A DNA stretch of 63,874 nucleotides, the filler included, from Lenisia limosa (Eukaryota > Protista > Breviatea), in NCBI GenBank assembly GCA_001655205.1. It is 7 parts of 7 records of this genome, joined end to end, with 100 filler letters (N's around TTAATTAATTAA, not from the genome) between each part and the next. Parts side by side here need not be neighbours in the genome. Positions count along the whole stretch, not along the records: positions 29,478 to 55,705 come from LPNZ01005326.1; 6 more parts are not named here. One strand, written 5' to 3'. The stretch's first letter is position 1. The number at the start of each line of letters is the position of its first letter. The notes beneath the pieces are model-generated. The model did not search any database and had not been told where the DNA came from. It saw only the letters and a program-made list of their open reading frames with translations. The position numbers were made by a program, and so were the translations under genes. This document shows, piece by piece, positions 38,422 through 52,105 of the stretch.

Positions 38422-38782
38422 TGGATACCATATTTATTAGTTTTTTTTTTGTTTCTTGTTTCAGTTGTGTTGTTTCTTCTTGGATAGTTATGTATCTGCA
38501 CCGATTGTTTGACTGTTGATATTGGTATTGATGTTGCACCTTATTGATATTGAACAAGATATATATATATAATATTCAGTTGGGTGTTACTAGGTTACAA
38601 TTACAAACAATTGCAAAACAACAGCAAAACAAAGGTGTATTTGGTGATCAAACTTGATCAGAGGATCAGAGGTGTCAGGACACAGATATGGATATCAGAG
38701 ATATGTGGTGGGTCGTTACCCTACGTATCTCAGCTTTAAAAGCATAATCCTTTGCACTTTTTCATCTTTTCATTTCATCAAT

Positions 38783-40236
38783 ATGGACTCTAAAACTGCA
38801 GTTTCAGCCGGATTCCCAATGGATGACCAAGGTCGCACCTATCACTTGGAAACAGCTGAAGGACAAGGTATTGTGTTTCGGTCTTATGGGCGTATTTACT
38901 TCCGTTTAGTTGCTAACAGGATCATTTTGTGCCACACTGGCGGATTTGCTCTGGAGATTGCCAAAAAGATGACATCTGTTCACTTTAAGCACGTCTCTGG
39001 ACGCGATTACGTGACTTACACGGGCCTTTACAAAGATGTTAGTATATATTTGGTTATTTTGCACCAATAAGCACTCCCTTTCTTGAACTTGCATGACTAC
39101 TTTTAGGTTCCTCTTACTGTTTGTGCTCTGAATGGATTGGTTTGTGGGATTTTAGATGAATATGGGGATAAAATTGGTGTTGCTTTTGTATTGTTTAATT
39201 GAAGAGGAACTATAAACGTTTGTGAGTGGGTGTTCTCGAACTTTTCCTTAGGTTAGTCTTTCCTGTAATTCATATTTATTTTTTTTAGGGTCCTTCTATG
39301 ATTGATTTTGCCATTCGTGAAATGAAGGCAATTCTCCCACCATGCCCCACAGCTATGGTTCTTCTGTAAGTACTTTTAAAAGGTCCCATTTTTTTTTGTG
39401 TGCTTTTTTTTTTTTTCCTTTCGTTTCTCAGACTCTTGTAGGTCGGAAATGGCAACGACCCCGAAGAAATACTACCAATATAGTACCCTTGTTGCCAAGG
39501 ATAGGTATGTGACTGCAGTTCCGTGCTGTTACGCTGTAGTGTTGCTGTTGTCCGCAACCCCAATGCCGATCAATCTTCCACCAACCCCCTTGAACATTAC
39601 ACTCTCCAAACTGCTGCACCTGCCGATACTGAACTTGTTGAGATCTTGACTGGCAAGCTTACTGACGCCAAGGTTTGTTCCTTTTCTGTCGGTTGGTGTG
39701 TGTGACTGCTCAGGTGTCTGTCAAGTCTGGTACCAACTGCTCATCTTCATCGTACCTATTCTCTAGAGGTCTGTTGCATTTTCGATCTAGAGTGTCATTT
39801 GAAGCACTTACCTTGTAGCTATTGATGATACCAACTTCGAGGAGGGATCACAAGGTCTTCTCGACGCTGTTGTGAACAGCAACGAGCAAATAGCCTGCCT
39901 CGATATGGAGACCTTCCATCTGTAGGTTTATTGCCACCTCATTATTGTCTAGTTTCGATCTTGCTCGCATCAGTTCCGACAAAGAAGCCCCCATCTGCCC
40001 CGCAATGGTTGCCGTTCTCACTCGTGCTAAGGACGAGACCATCAAAATGAGTGAAATCTCACAACGCGCTCTTGCCAGATCTGTAATCACCCCTGTCCTT
40101 AACAGTATGGTCGCGTGGACCCCAAAGGTATGTTCATCTATCCCTTTTTTTACCTATCTCCCAAAAGCCCTTACTATTTCAGAAGGACATTGCCCCCCAG
40201 AACCCCGTGTGGGAAGGCCCTGCTATCAGCCTCTAG
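38783..40236 (+). CDS. Nucleoside (uridine-type) phosphorylase-like, PNP_UDP_1 fold
   Basis: FPMDDQGRTYHL...VANRII, RDYVTYTGLYK, GPSMIDFAIREM, CLDMETFHLFDLA match the eukaryotic uridine-phosphorylase-like subfamily. Confidence 0.8.
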
Positions 40237-40374
40237 AGTGTTTCTATCTGTATATATACATCCAATCACAAACAATCTGATTTAATTTGCTTACCGTTAT
40301 ATATGACATCAGATTCACTATTATTACATTTCGTATCATACCTATTTTCCATAATATGACGAGACACTGGATAG

Positions 40375-43300
40375 TTAGTTTTTCAAGGAACTCACATTGG
40401 TTTGCCCTTCTTTTTCCTTGAGGTATCCTGTTGAGGCCTGTGTCTATAGTATAATAAAAAAAAAGGAAGACGAAACCCACCCCTTTTCAGCAGCGATATC
40501 CTGGAGATCTGAAAACATACCCAACTGGGCTGAAATTTGATTTTCTCTTTCAACTTCATTGTAGCCTGCCTGAAAATTCGTCAAGTTGGGGACAAATTAT
40601 AACAGATGATGAGAACTGTCATACCTCCATGTCGTCGACATCGCCAGCGTCGTCATAATCATTACGGTTGTATCCGAACATGTTGCTAATGATCGAGGAA
40701 TAATTGTTCTAAAGATTACTCCTTGACCGAAACAACAAACCTCATCAACTTCTTCCTCGTCAGCCAAGAAAGACATTGGATGGACACTTCCGTCTTCGTA
40801 TTCGATTTCATCATCATCAACAATGAAGCCGTCATCTTCGAACTCGCTCATATCCGAGTCGTCACTGAGCCCCTCGAATGCGTCACGTTTTACCTTCTTC
40901 GTTGTTTCAATGGATACTCCCTCAAGATCGGACACCTCCTGATTTTGAGATAACGTCACAATCATACCTCGTCATCTTGGTCATCATCATCATGTTCTGA
41001 TTCTGATTCCTGAACCAGCTCGTCACCCATCCACTGGCCTGACATGATTTCTCCCTGGATGGAACTACAAAAATTATCAAAAACCTTTTGCCTGACTTGA
41101 GAACTTCACGCTCGTTAGCATCAAGACCCTTGACCTTTGAAAGTGACGACAGAATTTCTGAAAAGTCAGGTTATTGTTGTCCATTTTTAATGTTCACCAA
41201 ACCCACCAGCCATATTATTGCTTCGAAGNNNNNNNNNNNNNNNNNNNNNNNNNNNNNNNNNNNNNNNNNNNNNNNNNNNNNNNNNNNNNNNNNNTCACGC
41301 TCCTAGTAAAAGTTGAAAATAATCCAGGCAATCACGCAATATTTTGAAATGGGAAAGTTGCCGACACCAACCTTATCCGCCTTGACATCAACAATTTGAT
41401 CAGGGGCAGAGTATTGATCTTCATCGGGTGCCTGCTTCCGACTTGCCACAGCCCGGGTGGACAGTTCTGCGAGTTAAACAATAAGCCATCATACTTTGAG
41501 CCATTGACGGCTTGGAAAAGGCGGCACGCCCAGGTCCCTTTGTCGGAACAGTTTTGTTATCGGGCTCCATCATGTTATTTCGTAACTTAGCGATGACTCT
41601 CATACGGATGGCAGTCTAGATTTCATAAATTAAGCAAGCAACGTACAGGGTCTGCTTCTTCAGATGGGTTGTCCTTTTGCAACTCTAAAGGATGATAAAC
41701 TAAACTATCATGCCAACCCATTTCAGCGTCACAAAATGCTTTGCGCATTTTAGACTTGAAGAGCATTTGGTTGGCCTCCGAGAGAGATGGCGCTCGCTAC
41801 GCCGTAAAAACAGACACAAAAAACATCGCTTTGTTAGCCCTCTTACAAACTTGGTGTTATACATTATACTAGTTTGGCCATTCCTAAGATGTTAATGTGA
41901 TGACAAAGCAGAAGAAACTTACGGGAGAGGAGTGAAACGAGCTTGCTGCGCACGGCTTTTGGCTCGGAGTTTGTTCATTCTTGGATTCTTGAACGGACTA
42001 AATGTAAATAAAATGTTTAAAGCACTATCAATCAAAGTATTATTTGGTGCTTCAACAAAAGCAACTCTATTTACCAACGCTGGTTTTCGCTGAGCCGATT
42101 TTCGTTTGGTATCACCAATGTTCCTCCCTGAACGAATTTTTGCCTGTTGATAAGGAAAATCTCAAAAAATACACTGAATTGAAGGAGGTTTCAAACCTGA
42201 GCCTGAACAACCTTGGTAGGAGGTGATGCAGATTTGGGGGTAATGCGATTGTTGTGCATTAAAGAAGGTTTGGCAGGAATAATCTATTAAGTTAAGTTTG
42301 TTGAAACAGAAAATGAAATAAAAAATGATGTTAGCCACAAACAAGTTTTCGTCCAAATAAGCCATCATTGTTATTTGTCGGTTTCTTTTTGATAGGAACG
42401 TGCTGCCTCTCCATTTTAAGATCAATATCTTCCTGAAAATGTAAGCGTTATGTATCTCCAAGGGCAACCTTAATGTGTTGATTTTTGGAATTTTGTTCCG
42501 CCTGCTTCAAAAGGTCTTCATAAGACACAGGGCCTGTCTACAGAAGTTGTTATATTCAAAGAACAAAATAACCTTTTTTGGCCGCTTTCTGGCATCACGA
42601 TAGGCCCGCGCTTCAACAGAGCTCATGACAGCCTAAATCATAAAACAGAGGTTTAACCAAACCGCCTTGGGAACACTTTCGCCGGGTGTAGCCATTTGTC
42701 GCCGTTTGGCTGCTGCACGGATTTTGGCTTCAGTTTCAGCCTTTTTCTGATGTTCTCGTGCCTACATGGTCAATAATTAGTGGAGAAGAGAAGCTTTTTT
42801 TGCAGCCCAGTTATTATAGTATATGCTGAATCTTTATTCCCCTCTGTCACTTAATTTACCTTGGGCATACCTTCTGGATTTCGGAATTGGTTTGCGGTCG
42901 AAAGATACTCTTTGATTGGACAGATTCTCTTTTTCGCCTTTGCAATTTTCTCTCCTCAATTTCTGAATGTCAAAAAACCTTCCATTTAACTTACGTTTTG
43001 TCTCCACAATAGGAATGTTGATTTTTGACTTCGGCTGGTATGACCTAAGAACATCCTTTTAAGTTATGTATCAAACACTGAACCCCATACCAGGTCAATG
43101 GATTTGTTTTTCAACGCCTCTAGTCGTGCTCCTTCCTCTTGTTTCCTTTGGGACTTTTTGTTTATAAATTCAGAATAAGCCTACTTCTCTTTCACTTCGC
43201 TTCTTAGACCGGGTAGTACGGAAAGCAAGGTCTATAAAATAAACAGCAATAACTTGCTTACTTTCGGGGAGTTTTTGAATATTGGGAGAAAATAACATCA

Positions 43301-43386
43301 CAATTATGTAGTAGGCTCTATTTCCAACCTTTTGCCTTGCTATCTGAGACCTTTGAGGCTTGGTTTAGAAGTGCAAGATAAGACAT
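40375..43386 (-). CDS. SPT2: SPT2-like chromatin protein / histone chaperone
   Basis: Start MSYLALLNQASK, basic coiled-coil middle, then DDGFIVDDDE...SSIISNMFGYNRNDYDDAGDVDDMEAGYNEVERE (SPT2 C-terminal signature). The 3' end is approximate. Confidence 0.75.
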
Positions 43387-43888
43387 CTCAAATAACGGTA
43401 ACGGTAGAGCCCTGCTGAAATTAGTATTCATTCTTGAATTATTCAACTCCGCCCCTGGAATAAAATAAATGATTTAAAACCCAATACCTTCAAACACTGC
43501 CACTTGACTTGATGTGCTCAGACCCTGATGAACAGCAGCTGATCTAATCTAAAACTATCCTCACCATTTCATTCAACCTGGTCCTGTGGGGGATGCTGCA
43601 ATGCGCAGATGTACAGATGTGGTGAATGACAAGCAGCTATATGATGATGTGTAATAAATATGTGCTGTATGGTTGTATGTGGTATGTGGGTCTGTGGTTT
43701 TGTGGTTTTGTCGTGTTAAATATATGTACATACATCTTGATTACTTTGGATTACCCACCTCTTCGTTTTCCAAAGTCCCCGCCTCTTTATTCTTCCCCAG
43801 ACAAAGCAACAACAGACTTGTCGAGTCGTTTCTGAGGGTCAGTTTCAGTTTTCGCACAGTTTTCGCGTAGTTTCTTAACCACTTCAAA

Positions 43889-45668
43889 ATGAAGGCGGCA
43901 GTGGGTTTAAACTGTTTTGAGTGCGTTATTATTCTACTCCTTCATAATAATTAGGTAACAAACATTGACTGTTTCTATGGGGGCATTGCCAAACTCGCTG
44001 GTTCGTATCTTATTAAGAATGCTGGAAGGGCAGGTTTGTAATGTTTGGTTTGATGATTTTTTTTTATTATTTTTTTAGCCTTCATTGATAACAACACTCG
44101 CTTCTGTGTTCCAAGACTGTTGAAAGAGCTTGAGACGCAGAATATGAAACCCCAAGATGTTTGAAAATTGTAGCTTTGATTATTCTAATACTCTAGGTTG
44201 ACTATGTTATTATTACACATGTTCACCTTGGTTCGTTGGGAGCATTCAGTATTCATATTCAATGAATGTTCAAGACCCGTTATTCAGTATTTTTAACCCC
44301 CAGATCACGCATCCGGGTCAGCAGAGCTGATGAAGGCCTGTCCTAACGCCAAGCTTCTTGCCCATCCTCGCGCTGGTTTGTGCTCTTTTCTTATGACTCT
44401 TTCAGCTCGTCATGCAATCAACCCATCTCGTTTGGTGGCCTCGGCAACCCAGGTATGCTGAAAGGCTGCAAGTTGATGCTTTAGGTCTATGGAGAGGAGG
44501 CAATGGCGAATTTGTATGGAGACATCGAGGGTATCCCAAGTGAAAGAGTCGTGGAGGTCAAGGTGTGTTCTATTGTGTAGACACTTATAAAATAGGATGG
44601 AGAGACCTTCTCTCTTGGAGACTCAAGACCCTTAAAGTTCCTCCACACTCTTGGCCATGCGAAGCATCACATGTGTGTTCTTGACAAGGTTAGTTGCCTC
44701 AAACCTTGCCCTTCTTCTAACTGTTAGATGGCAGATACTGTCTTCACTGGTGACTCCTTTGGTACATGCTACCAGCACCTTGGGGTATGTGCCTCTCTTA
44801 TCAATAAGTGAATTTTTACACCCCAGATTCCAAACCCCTTCGTGATGCCCACGATGAGCCCCACAGATTTCGATTTCAAAGAAGCGGTCAAGGTGGGTAC
44901 TACCTTAGCATGGCTCACAATGCAGACAATCGACACTCTGAGGGACACTGGAGTCTCCGAATGTCGCCCTACGCACTTTGGCGCGTTCCCTCTCAACGAT
45001 GACACTTGCAACCAGGTTTGTTGCGCCTCCAGTTATTGTTTAAAAAAACATCACTACATTTGATATCATAACACTTCAGATGAAGCATCGTTTGACTTTC
45101 GCGAATACCATTGTGCAAGTAAGAGAAGGATATCTTTATAACATCACAATGAGTGAAAACTGTTTTATTTCCAAGGATGCTGAAAAGATGGAGGCAGATT
45201 GCTCATTTGATGAATTGACTGACTTTTGCACTAAGAAGTTGGGGGGGGGGGGGGGGGGNNNNNNNNNNNNNNNNNNNNNNNNNNNNNNNNNNNNNNNNNN
45301 NNNNNNNNNNNNNNNNNNNNNNNNNNNNNNNNNNNNNNNNNNNNNNNNNNNNNNNNNNNNNNNNNNNGAGTTGATCTTGGCGGGTGCACCTGAGACAGAC
45401 AAGTGCCTTGAGTTCTTCAAAACAGATATTGATGTTAACGGACAGGTAAGCAGAACGGGATGGGATGAACTGTTTAAAAGGGGTCTGTGACCAATGTTAG
45501 CTTGGGAGGTGGCTAGACTTCTTCAAGTCGGGTATAGATGTGAGTGGAAAGGTGAGTTGAAGAGCGCAAAGTGTCGCTTTGGAAAATGCTCATTATTTTT
45601 AACCATTTCAGGGATTGGCATTTGCTGCCCATATGATCTGTGAGAAGAGACGCAAGGCTGCTGCTTAA
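43889..45668 (+). CDS. Metallo-beta-lactamase-fold hydrolase (glyoxalase II-like)
   Basis: THVHL/DH (HxHxDH split by an intron), HTLGHAKHH, VFTGDSF, PTHFG and C-terminal DIDVNGQ/GLAFAA...*. Confidence 0.88.
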
Positions 45669-45776
45669 TTGTGTTGGCAATGGAGAGGGAATTCAATTGT
45701 CCAGAGTTGGTTGGAGTGAACAAAGCAGATAAGACACTTAACGGACCTCACAGTCGAAACAGAAAACAGAAGCAGG

Positions 45777-46917
45777 TTAAACTCTTCTTGGATTTTCCGG
45801 GGACTTATTCCAGCGCTCACGGCACATGTGCTTCAGCTGACTCAATTTCAAAGACGGGAACTCCTCCCTTATGGGTCAGTTCGAAGTGTAACAATCAGCC
45901 AACAAAAAAAAAAGACTTTTTAACAACCATGTCTCAGTTAAAAAGATGTCAATTACATATTTATGATATAAGCTGACAATCCATAAAAAAAAACTCCCAC
46001 AAACTTCATCATTGGAAGTTGTCTTGCCTCATATTCGATATAAGTAGTTTTTGATTGGTCCCTGAACAGTCAAAACCAGACGATGCTGTGGCCCAAAAGA
46101 GACCCGAAGGCCCAACAAACACAGACAGCGCCTTGAGTGCCCCTTCAACTCCAGTAGCCTCAATATCATCTATTCCTCTCTCGCGGTTCAGATTATCTTC
46201 TAGTGTCTAGATGGTGATATTGAAGTTCCTCGAGTGGTACTAATGCAGACAGTACCTCACCTTAGGCTGTTCCTTAACCCTTGGGTTCTTGGGGGCCTCG
46301 GGCTTCACAACCTGTTTTGATGATAATTTTAAGTTTCTCCAAAATATAACAATATTCTTTCATTGGCAATATATACATCGATAATAACGAATGGAACCCC
46401 ACCTGAGAAGCTAACGCACGTGCCATCATTTGAGCCCGTGTCACCTGGTCGGTCAGAAAGAGGTGGTCTACTATGGTTTCACACCTTTGGTGTCACTGGC
46501 TTCTTGGACTTTCTCGTCATCTCTTTCGTAATTTGTGCATCCTCATCTGCTAAAATTGCCTGTATATGATAAAGAAAAAGGTAAAGGAATGTAAAAGCCA
46601 GGCTCAACTTACGTTCTTTGCCTCCTTGTTGAGCCTCTTGCGCTCCAACGCGGAAGCCTCATCATCTTTTCTTTGTGACTTCTTATTCAGCCGTTTGTTC
46701 ACCTTTTCATCGCTCTCCACCCATTTCTAGAATTTTGTTATTTAAATCCAGAGCAGCCAGCACTGATATCTCCCCANNNNNNNNNNNNNNNNNNNNNNNN
46801 NNNNNNNNNNNNNNNNNNNNNNNNNNNNNNNNNNNNNNNNNNNNNNNNNNNNNNNNNNNNNNNNNNNTTTTTCAAGTGAAGCTTCTCCTTGGTTCCAGTC
46901 TTCTTCTTTGAATTCAT
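45777..46917 (-). CDS. CCDC124: CCDC124 (Lso2-like) ribosome-associated coiled-coil protein
   Basis: KWVESDEKVNKRLNKKSQRKDDEASALERK, KVTRAQM, EDNLNRER...GALKALSV, YIEYEARQLPMMK and LKLSQLKHMCRERWNKSPENP align in order with CCDC124. Confidence 0.85.
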
Positions 46918-47304
46918 CTTGGCAATTTAGTCGTTTAACTATATGTAAATAATAATAATAAGGTTGTTGGTGCGAAGTGTTCACTTATACTCTTCGTATT
47001 TCTTTCTACTATACTCACTGATTAATCTGATAATACTCTCACACTATACTCGCCACTATACTAAGCACTGACTACAACAAACAAATAAAACAAGCACGTT
47101 ACGTCAACGCAAACATGAACGCGCGCGCCTTTTTTTTGGTTCCCACTGCCATCAGCCATTCTCCTTCGCCACTGTTATTACAGGCCGCCAACAGGCCCAG
47201 ATCAGGCCACCACTTACTACTTACTAAGAAGAAAGGCTAGGAGTGATTGTGGAGGTGTAGCGGTGTAGCTCTAGGAGGACCTTGCTTCCGTCACATTGTC
47301 AAAG

Positions 47305-50300
47305 ATGACTGGTAAGTCTGTGCTTCTTCATATTTATTTTCCAGCCCGACTATCTACGATTGACCAAGCTACTATCCACAAGATATGCTCTGACCAAGTT
47401 CTTCTCGTGAGTTGTGACAGTCTTTTGTTTCTTAATAACACAACATGTTTTTTTTTTTACTTCGTAGGACCTCGGAGCAGCAGTTAAGGAGCTTGTAGAG
47501 AACAGTGTTGATGCTGGTGGGTAAACTTTTTCATTTTAACAGAAGATGATCGCAAATGCAGCTTCATCAAATCTTGTTATATTCTCTCATAAAGTGCAGG
47601 AGCTACAACAGTGGACGTGAAGTTCTTCGATCATGGTCTTTCAGTTGAAGTTTGTGGGCTATCTCAAGACTGTTTTTGGATTGAGCGACAATATTTTACG
47701 AGTTTCTGACCTCGTAGGTGACAGATAACGGAAGTGGTGTTCCCCCAGAAATGCACAAAGAACTAAGTTAGTCGAGTTATATATTTTTGGCGATTCGTTT
47801 ATATGAACTGTCTATCTTGTGCGACATCTTTGTTCTCACCACCAGCGCGGAGGCACCATACCTCCAAACTTCGCCGGTTTTCAGATTTGGAAAGTGTCGC
47901 GTCATTCGGGTTCCGAGGAGAGGCCCTGCACTCTCTTTGCCAGCTTTCCGACGTTGAGGTGTGTTCTGCTTTGTTTCTGACACTTCAGATTACAACGCGA
48001 ACTGAAAAGGAAATCGCTGGCAATCGCCTTGTCTACGATCACTCTGGTGAACTGACCAGTGTCACTCCAATGGCAAGACAGGTTGGCAAATGGGCATAAT
48101 TACCATGTCACTTTTGGATCATTTTCACATGTGTGAAATATCATTTTCCGCGCAGTGATATGATACGTCATAAAGTATCAAAGCTTCCCGTCCAATTAAT
48201 AGCGAATGTAATATAGCAATTAATACTGTAATTAATAGTTTTTTGATCAGATACCATCTTTTTAAGGATTATTATTTATTAATTGCACTATTTGGGCGGG
48301 TTCTTACTCATATCCACTCATGTGAGAATTGACTGACACGTCTTTATTAATGATAAGCCCTCATGCTATCTTCGTTCATCTTTTCGACTCGAAAGCCGGA
48401 CATATGATCATATCACTGGTGGGGGCTACCATATTCCGAAAAATGGGGATTTTTTGACGCGCCCCAAAGAACGATTTATCTTTAGATCGGAACAACTGTG
48501 AAATTCTCGAATCTCTTCTCAACACTACCGGTGCGTCACCGTGAGTTCCTCAAAAACAAAAAGAAAGAGGTGGGGTAGAATTCTGTCAAATTTTATGTTC
48601 AATATGTCTCTCTTCTGAGTATTTAACGTTTTAGTACACTCGTGCAATTCAGCTTCTCCAAGGTTATGCTGTTGGGCTGGAGGGAATCCGCTTTACTGTT
48701 TCACACAAGCCACTCAAAGGGTTTGTGCAAGGTGTTAAGTTGACTCATCAATATAGCAGTTTATCTGTCGCGTTGCACACCCCAGGTGGCCAAGCCAAAT
48801 ACCTCGATAACGCTTGCGCTGTTTTTGCCGCCAAAGTTAATGGGTTTCTTATTGGAGACTATGACAGCTTCATCATTTTAACTTTTTAGCTCAGAAATAT
48901 GGTGGTACCCTTGGACGCTTCTGTTCTGTCAAGGTTTGTTGTGAAAACCGGATCAAAAAATAGTTTTAAACCATAATGTAGTGGAGTTACTCTAAGCGGA
49001 CATACTTCGAAACCTGCCCGTGACTGTAGCCGACCAACTTCCGACAGAATTCTGTTTTTCCTGAACTCTCGTCCTGTTGAACTTCCAAAGGTATTATTTT
49101 GTCTTGAATCGTAATATTCACCTTTTAAGGTGGCTCGAACCATCACCGAATGCTTCCGCACTGTCATTCCGGGTGCCTTTCCTATTGCAATTTGTCTTCT
49201 TACGGCGCCTCCTGGTGGGTGCTTCCATGTAATGGTAATAACCTACATGTATACGTCATATAATTCATGGTTTCGGTTAACGTCCCAGGGACCTATGATG
49301 TCAACGTGACTCCTGATAAGCGAACTGTTTTTATCAAGGATGAGGATGCCCTTCTGGATGTGATCAGAGTTGGCGTATCTACTTTTCTGTTATTTCTCTT
49401 GCCTATGGTTTTACTTATTATTTAGACTGCTCTGGAAGTGGTGTATGCGTCTGATATTCAAACCATTTCAATTCAGCAATCTATCACTGCTTTTGCTTCT
49501 CCACAGCCTAAGCCTTCCCTTCATGGTTCAGGGAGTCCGCTATCTCTCCTCTTTGCCCAAGGTCATAACATTTAACAACTCTAGAAAGTTCGACCCCAGA
49601 AACTCTTGATGTTTTCAGCCAGTTTTCTTCAGCCTCTACTGCGCCTATGAAAAGAAGAGTATGGTTCACTCATCTTTTTCATCATCTTGATAACCTGCTT
49701 CTTTCCTCTCCTTCTCTTTTTGGCGCTTGAATCATGATCCAGCCTGACTCGCTGCTTGAATCTTATGCTTCTGGCAAGCCCTCAGCAGCTCCTCATCGCA
49801 ACAAGGTTTGTTTTCCATGAAGGAAAATATTCTTATTCGCAATGAACTAGAAATATGGAAAATTTTGAATGTAATCGTTTTCAGGAAAAAAAGGCGCGGG
49901 TCTTGCTGTTCAATGACAGGGATGAAGAACCGGAGGAAGAGCTTGAGGGGTGCGTGACTTTCCACTATTTTCTCACGGATAAGGGATTTGAGTGATTTTA
50001 TTGCGGGTGAAGAGGAGAGTATACCTGTTACTGAAGACGAAGACGTTGACACTGATGAAGAAGAGAAGAGAGCAACTCAATACAGGTAGTGTGGATGGCC
50101 TCGGGCTTTTTCTATTTCTCATTTTAACACATTGCAAGAGGGTGACTCTTCTAGGCTTGAAGACATGGAACAAGAGAAACAAATGCGATTGAGAGTAATT
50201 GGGCAAAAAATAGAAATCTTCTATAAGATAAGTTCCTACTGTGATTGCTGTAGGAAGAATTCGAAGCAAAGATACAGGAGACAGCGCCTTTGTTACACAT

Positions 50301-51894
50301 AATCAACGGGTTCAGTAGTAGCGAGTTGGCAGGGTTTTTTTTACGTTGTTTGATTTATCAATCTATAATGGTTGACCGAAAAAAATGACTTTTATCGCAA
50401 ATCTACACGTTCCCGTTATATTGGCTCACAATTTTAGTGAAGAGGACAAAGATGTTTTCTCAACAGAAGGTTTGTTACATCGGGAGTGCATTGGAAAGGC
50501 CGTTATTATCCCTCTCTGGTTCATGCAAAAGGCTTAGAAGCGAATGCAGAGTATACAGAAGGTTCAATTTTTGGCTCCTTTGACACGGCTAAATCTGGAC
50601 TGGAGGGAGGACAAAGATGTGCGGATGTAGGCATTTTTCGTGTTGTGACAATCTAGGAAACTTTTCGAGCGGATATGGATAATTCTGCCAAGAAAGTCTG
50701 TGAAAAAGAACTTGATCGAATATTTGAGGTTTGATTTTGAAGGAAAGGGCTCACAAAACAGAAAAAGGACTTTCGACGAATGAGAGTTATTGGGCAGTTC
50801 AATAAAGGATTCATTATTGCGAGTCTTGGACCAGACCTTTTCATCGTTGACCAGGTGGGAGCCTGTTTTGGCTGAAACTTTACCTTTTCAATTTTGGGTT
50901 CGATCTCTATCGTCATTGAGGATTTATGGAGAAATTTAGTCTTTTGGGGATGGAAAATGCCCCCCATTGCTTTCGTGCTTTGATGTCTTTTATATTCACA
51001 GCATGCCTCTGACGAGAAGTACATGTACGAATACCTCAGGAAAACGGACAGTAAAAAGGTCCAGCCACTTGTTTGGTGAGCTCTCCCTAAACGGGATCTT
51101 AGACAATGCTCTCTAAACATTGTAGTCCCCGGACAATCCCTCTGACTGCAGCTGACGAGGAGGTGGTGACGTCAAATATCGAAGCGCTCAAACAGAGAGG
51201 TTTCGTGGTTGGTTGAGAGTGGAGAATTAGTTTCACAGTTCCTTTTGTTTTCTTTTTTTTTTTTTTTTTTTCACTAACATTTAACAATGTTAACATATCC
51301 AAGGTGAGTGTGTCTGAGGCTAAACCACCTGGTTCTCGAATTTCGTTAGTTGCCCTTCCAGTCATCAGAGGGAAAACTCTCAACAGTAATGGTGAGTCGT
51401 GGCTTCAGCCTTCAATGATTCTGACAACTTAGATTTTCAAGAAGTCGTAGCTATTATCAGGCAGTGTGGTGAAGGCAAATTTGAGGTATGAGACCATTCT
51501 GGATTGGCTCGTAAATTTTTTTGTACCCAATATTTGCATTGAATACAGCTAGAGCGTCTGTCCTCACCATAATAATTAGACTCAGTTATAACGCCTTAGG
51601 CATCCGCGTTGAACCGCATTTACGCAATGAAAGCATGTCACTCAGCTGTGCGTTTTGGTGACTCATTATCACTTGCCCAACAGGATAGAGTGGGTTGCTG
51701 GATGGTGATATGCACTTTTCACAAGATTCTTACCTTTTCAGATACTGGAGCACTTGTCAACAATGGACCACCCATGGAATTGCCCGTTTGTGGAGGAAGG
51801 ACGACTATTCCTATTTTCTCCTTCATCTTTCAGGCATGGAAGACCTACAATGCGTCATCTTTACCGACTTGCCACCAAAGCTACGTTATCATGA
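47305..51894 (+). CDS. PMS2: Mismatch repair endonuclease PMS2 (MutL-alpha subunit; yeast PMS1)
   Basis: [66 protein letters not shown] (DQHAxxE endonuclease motif), ACHSAVRFG and [15 protein letters not shown]. Confidence 0.95.
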
Positions 51895-52105
51895 TCGTGA
51901 CTCTCTGTTTATAAGCGGTTTTGAAGTAATGCTGCTTCAGGCAAAAAAATTCCCTCAGGTCTGAACCGTTTGTGATGTAACCCAGAAAATGAAAGTGAAT
52001 ACATTTCTTCTGTATTTCATAAAAAAACAAAAACCGATGAACAAAAAGATCGTGAAAATTTGATCTCAGCTTATGACAATAAACAATAATATACAAAAAG
52101 AATCC

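Noticed and set aside
42655-42680. Possible GC-AG intron in SPT2
   Set aside because: A canonical in-phase GT donor lies three bases further on.
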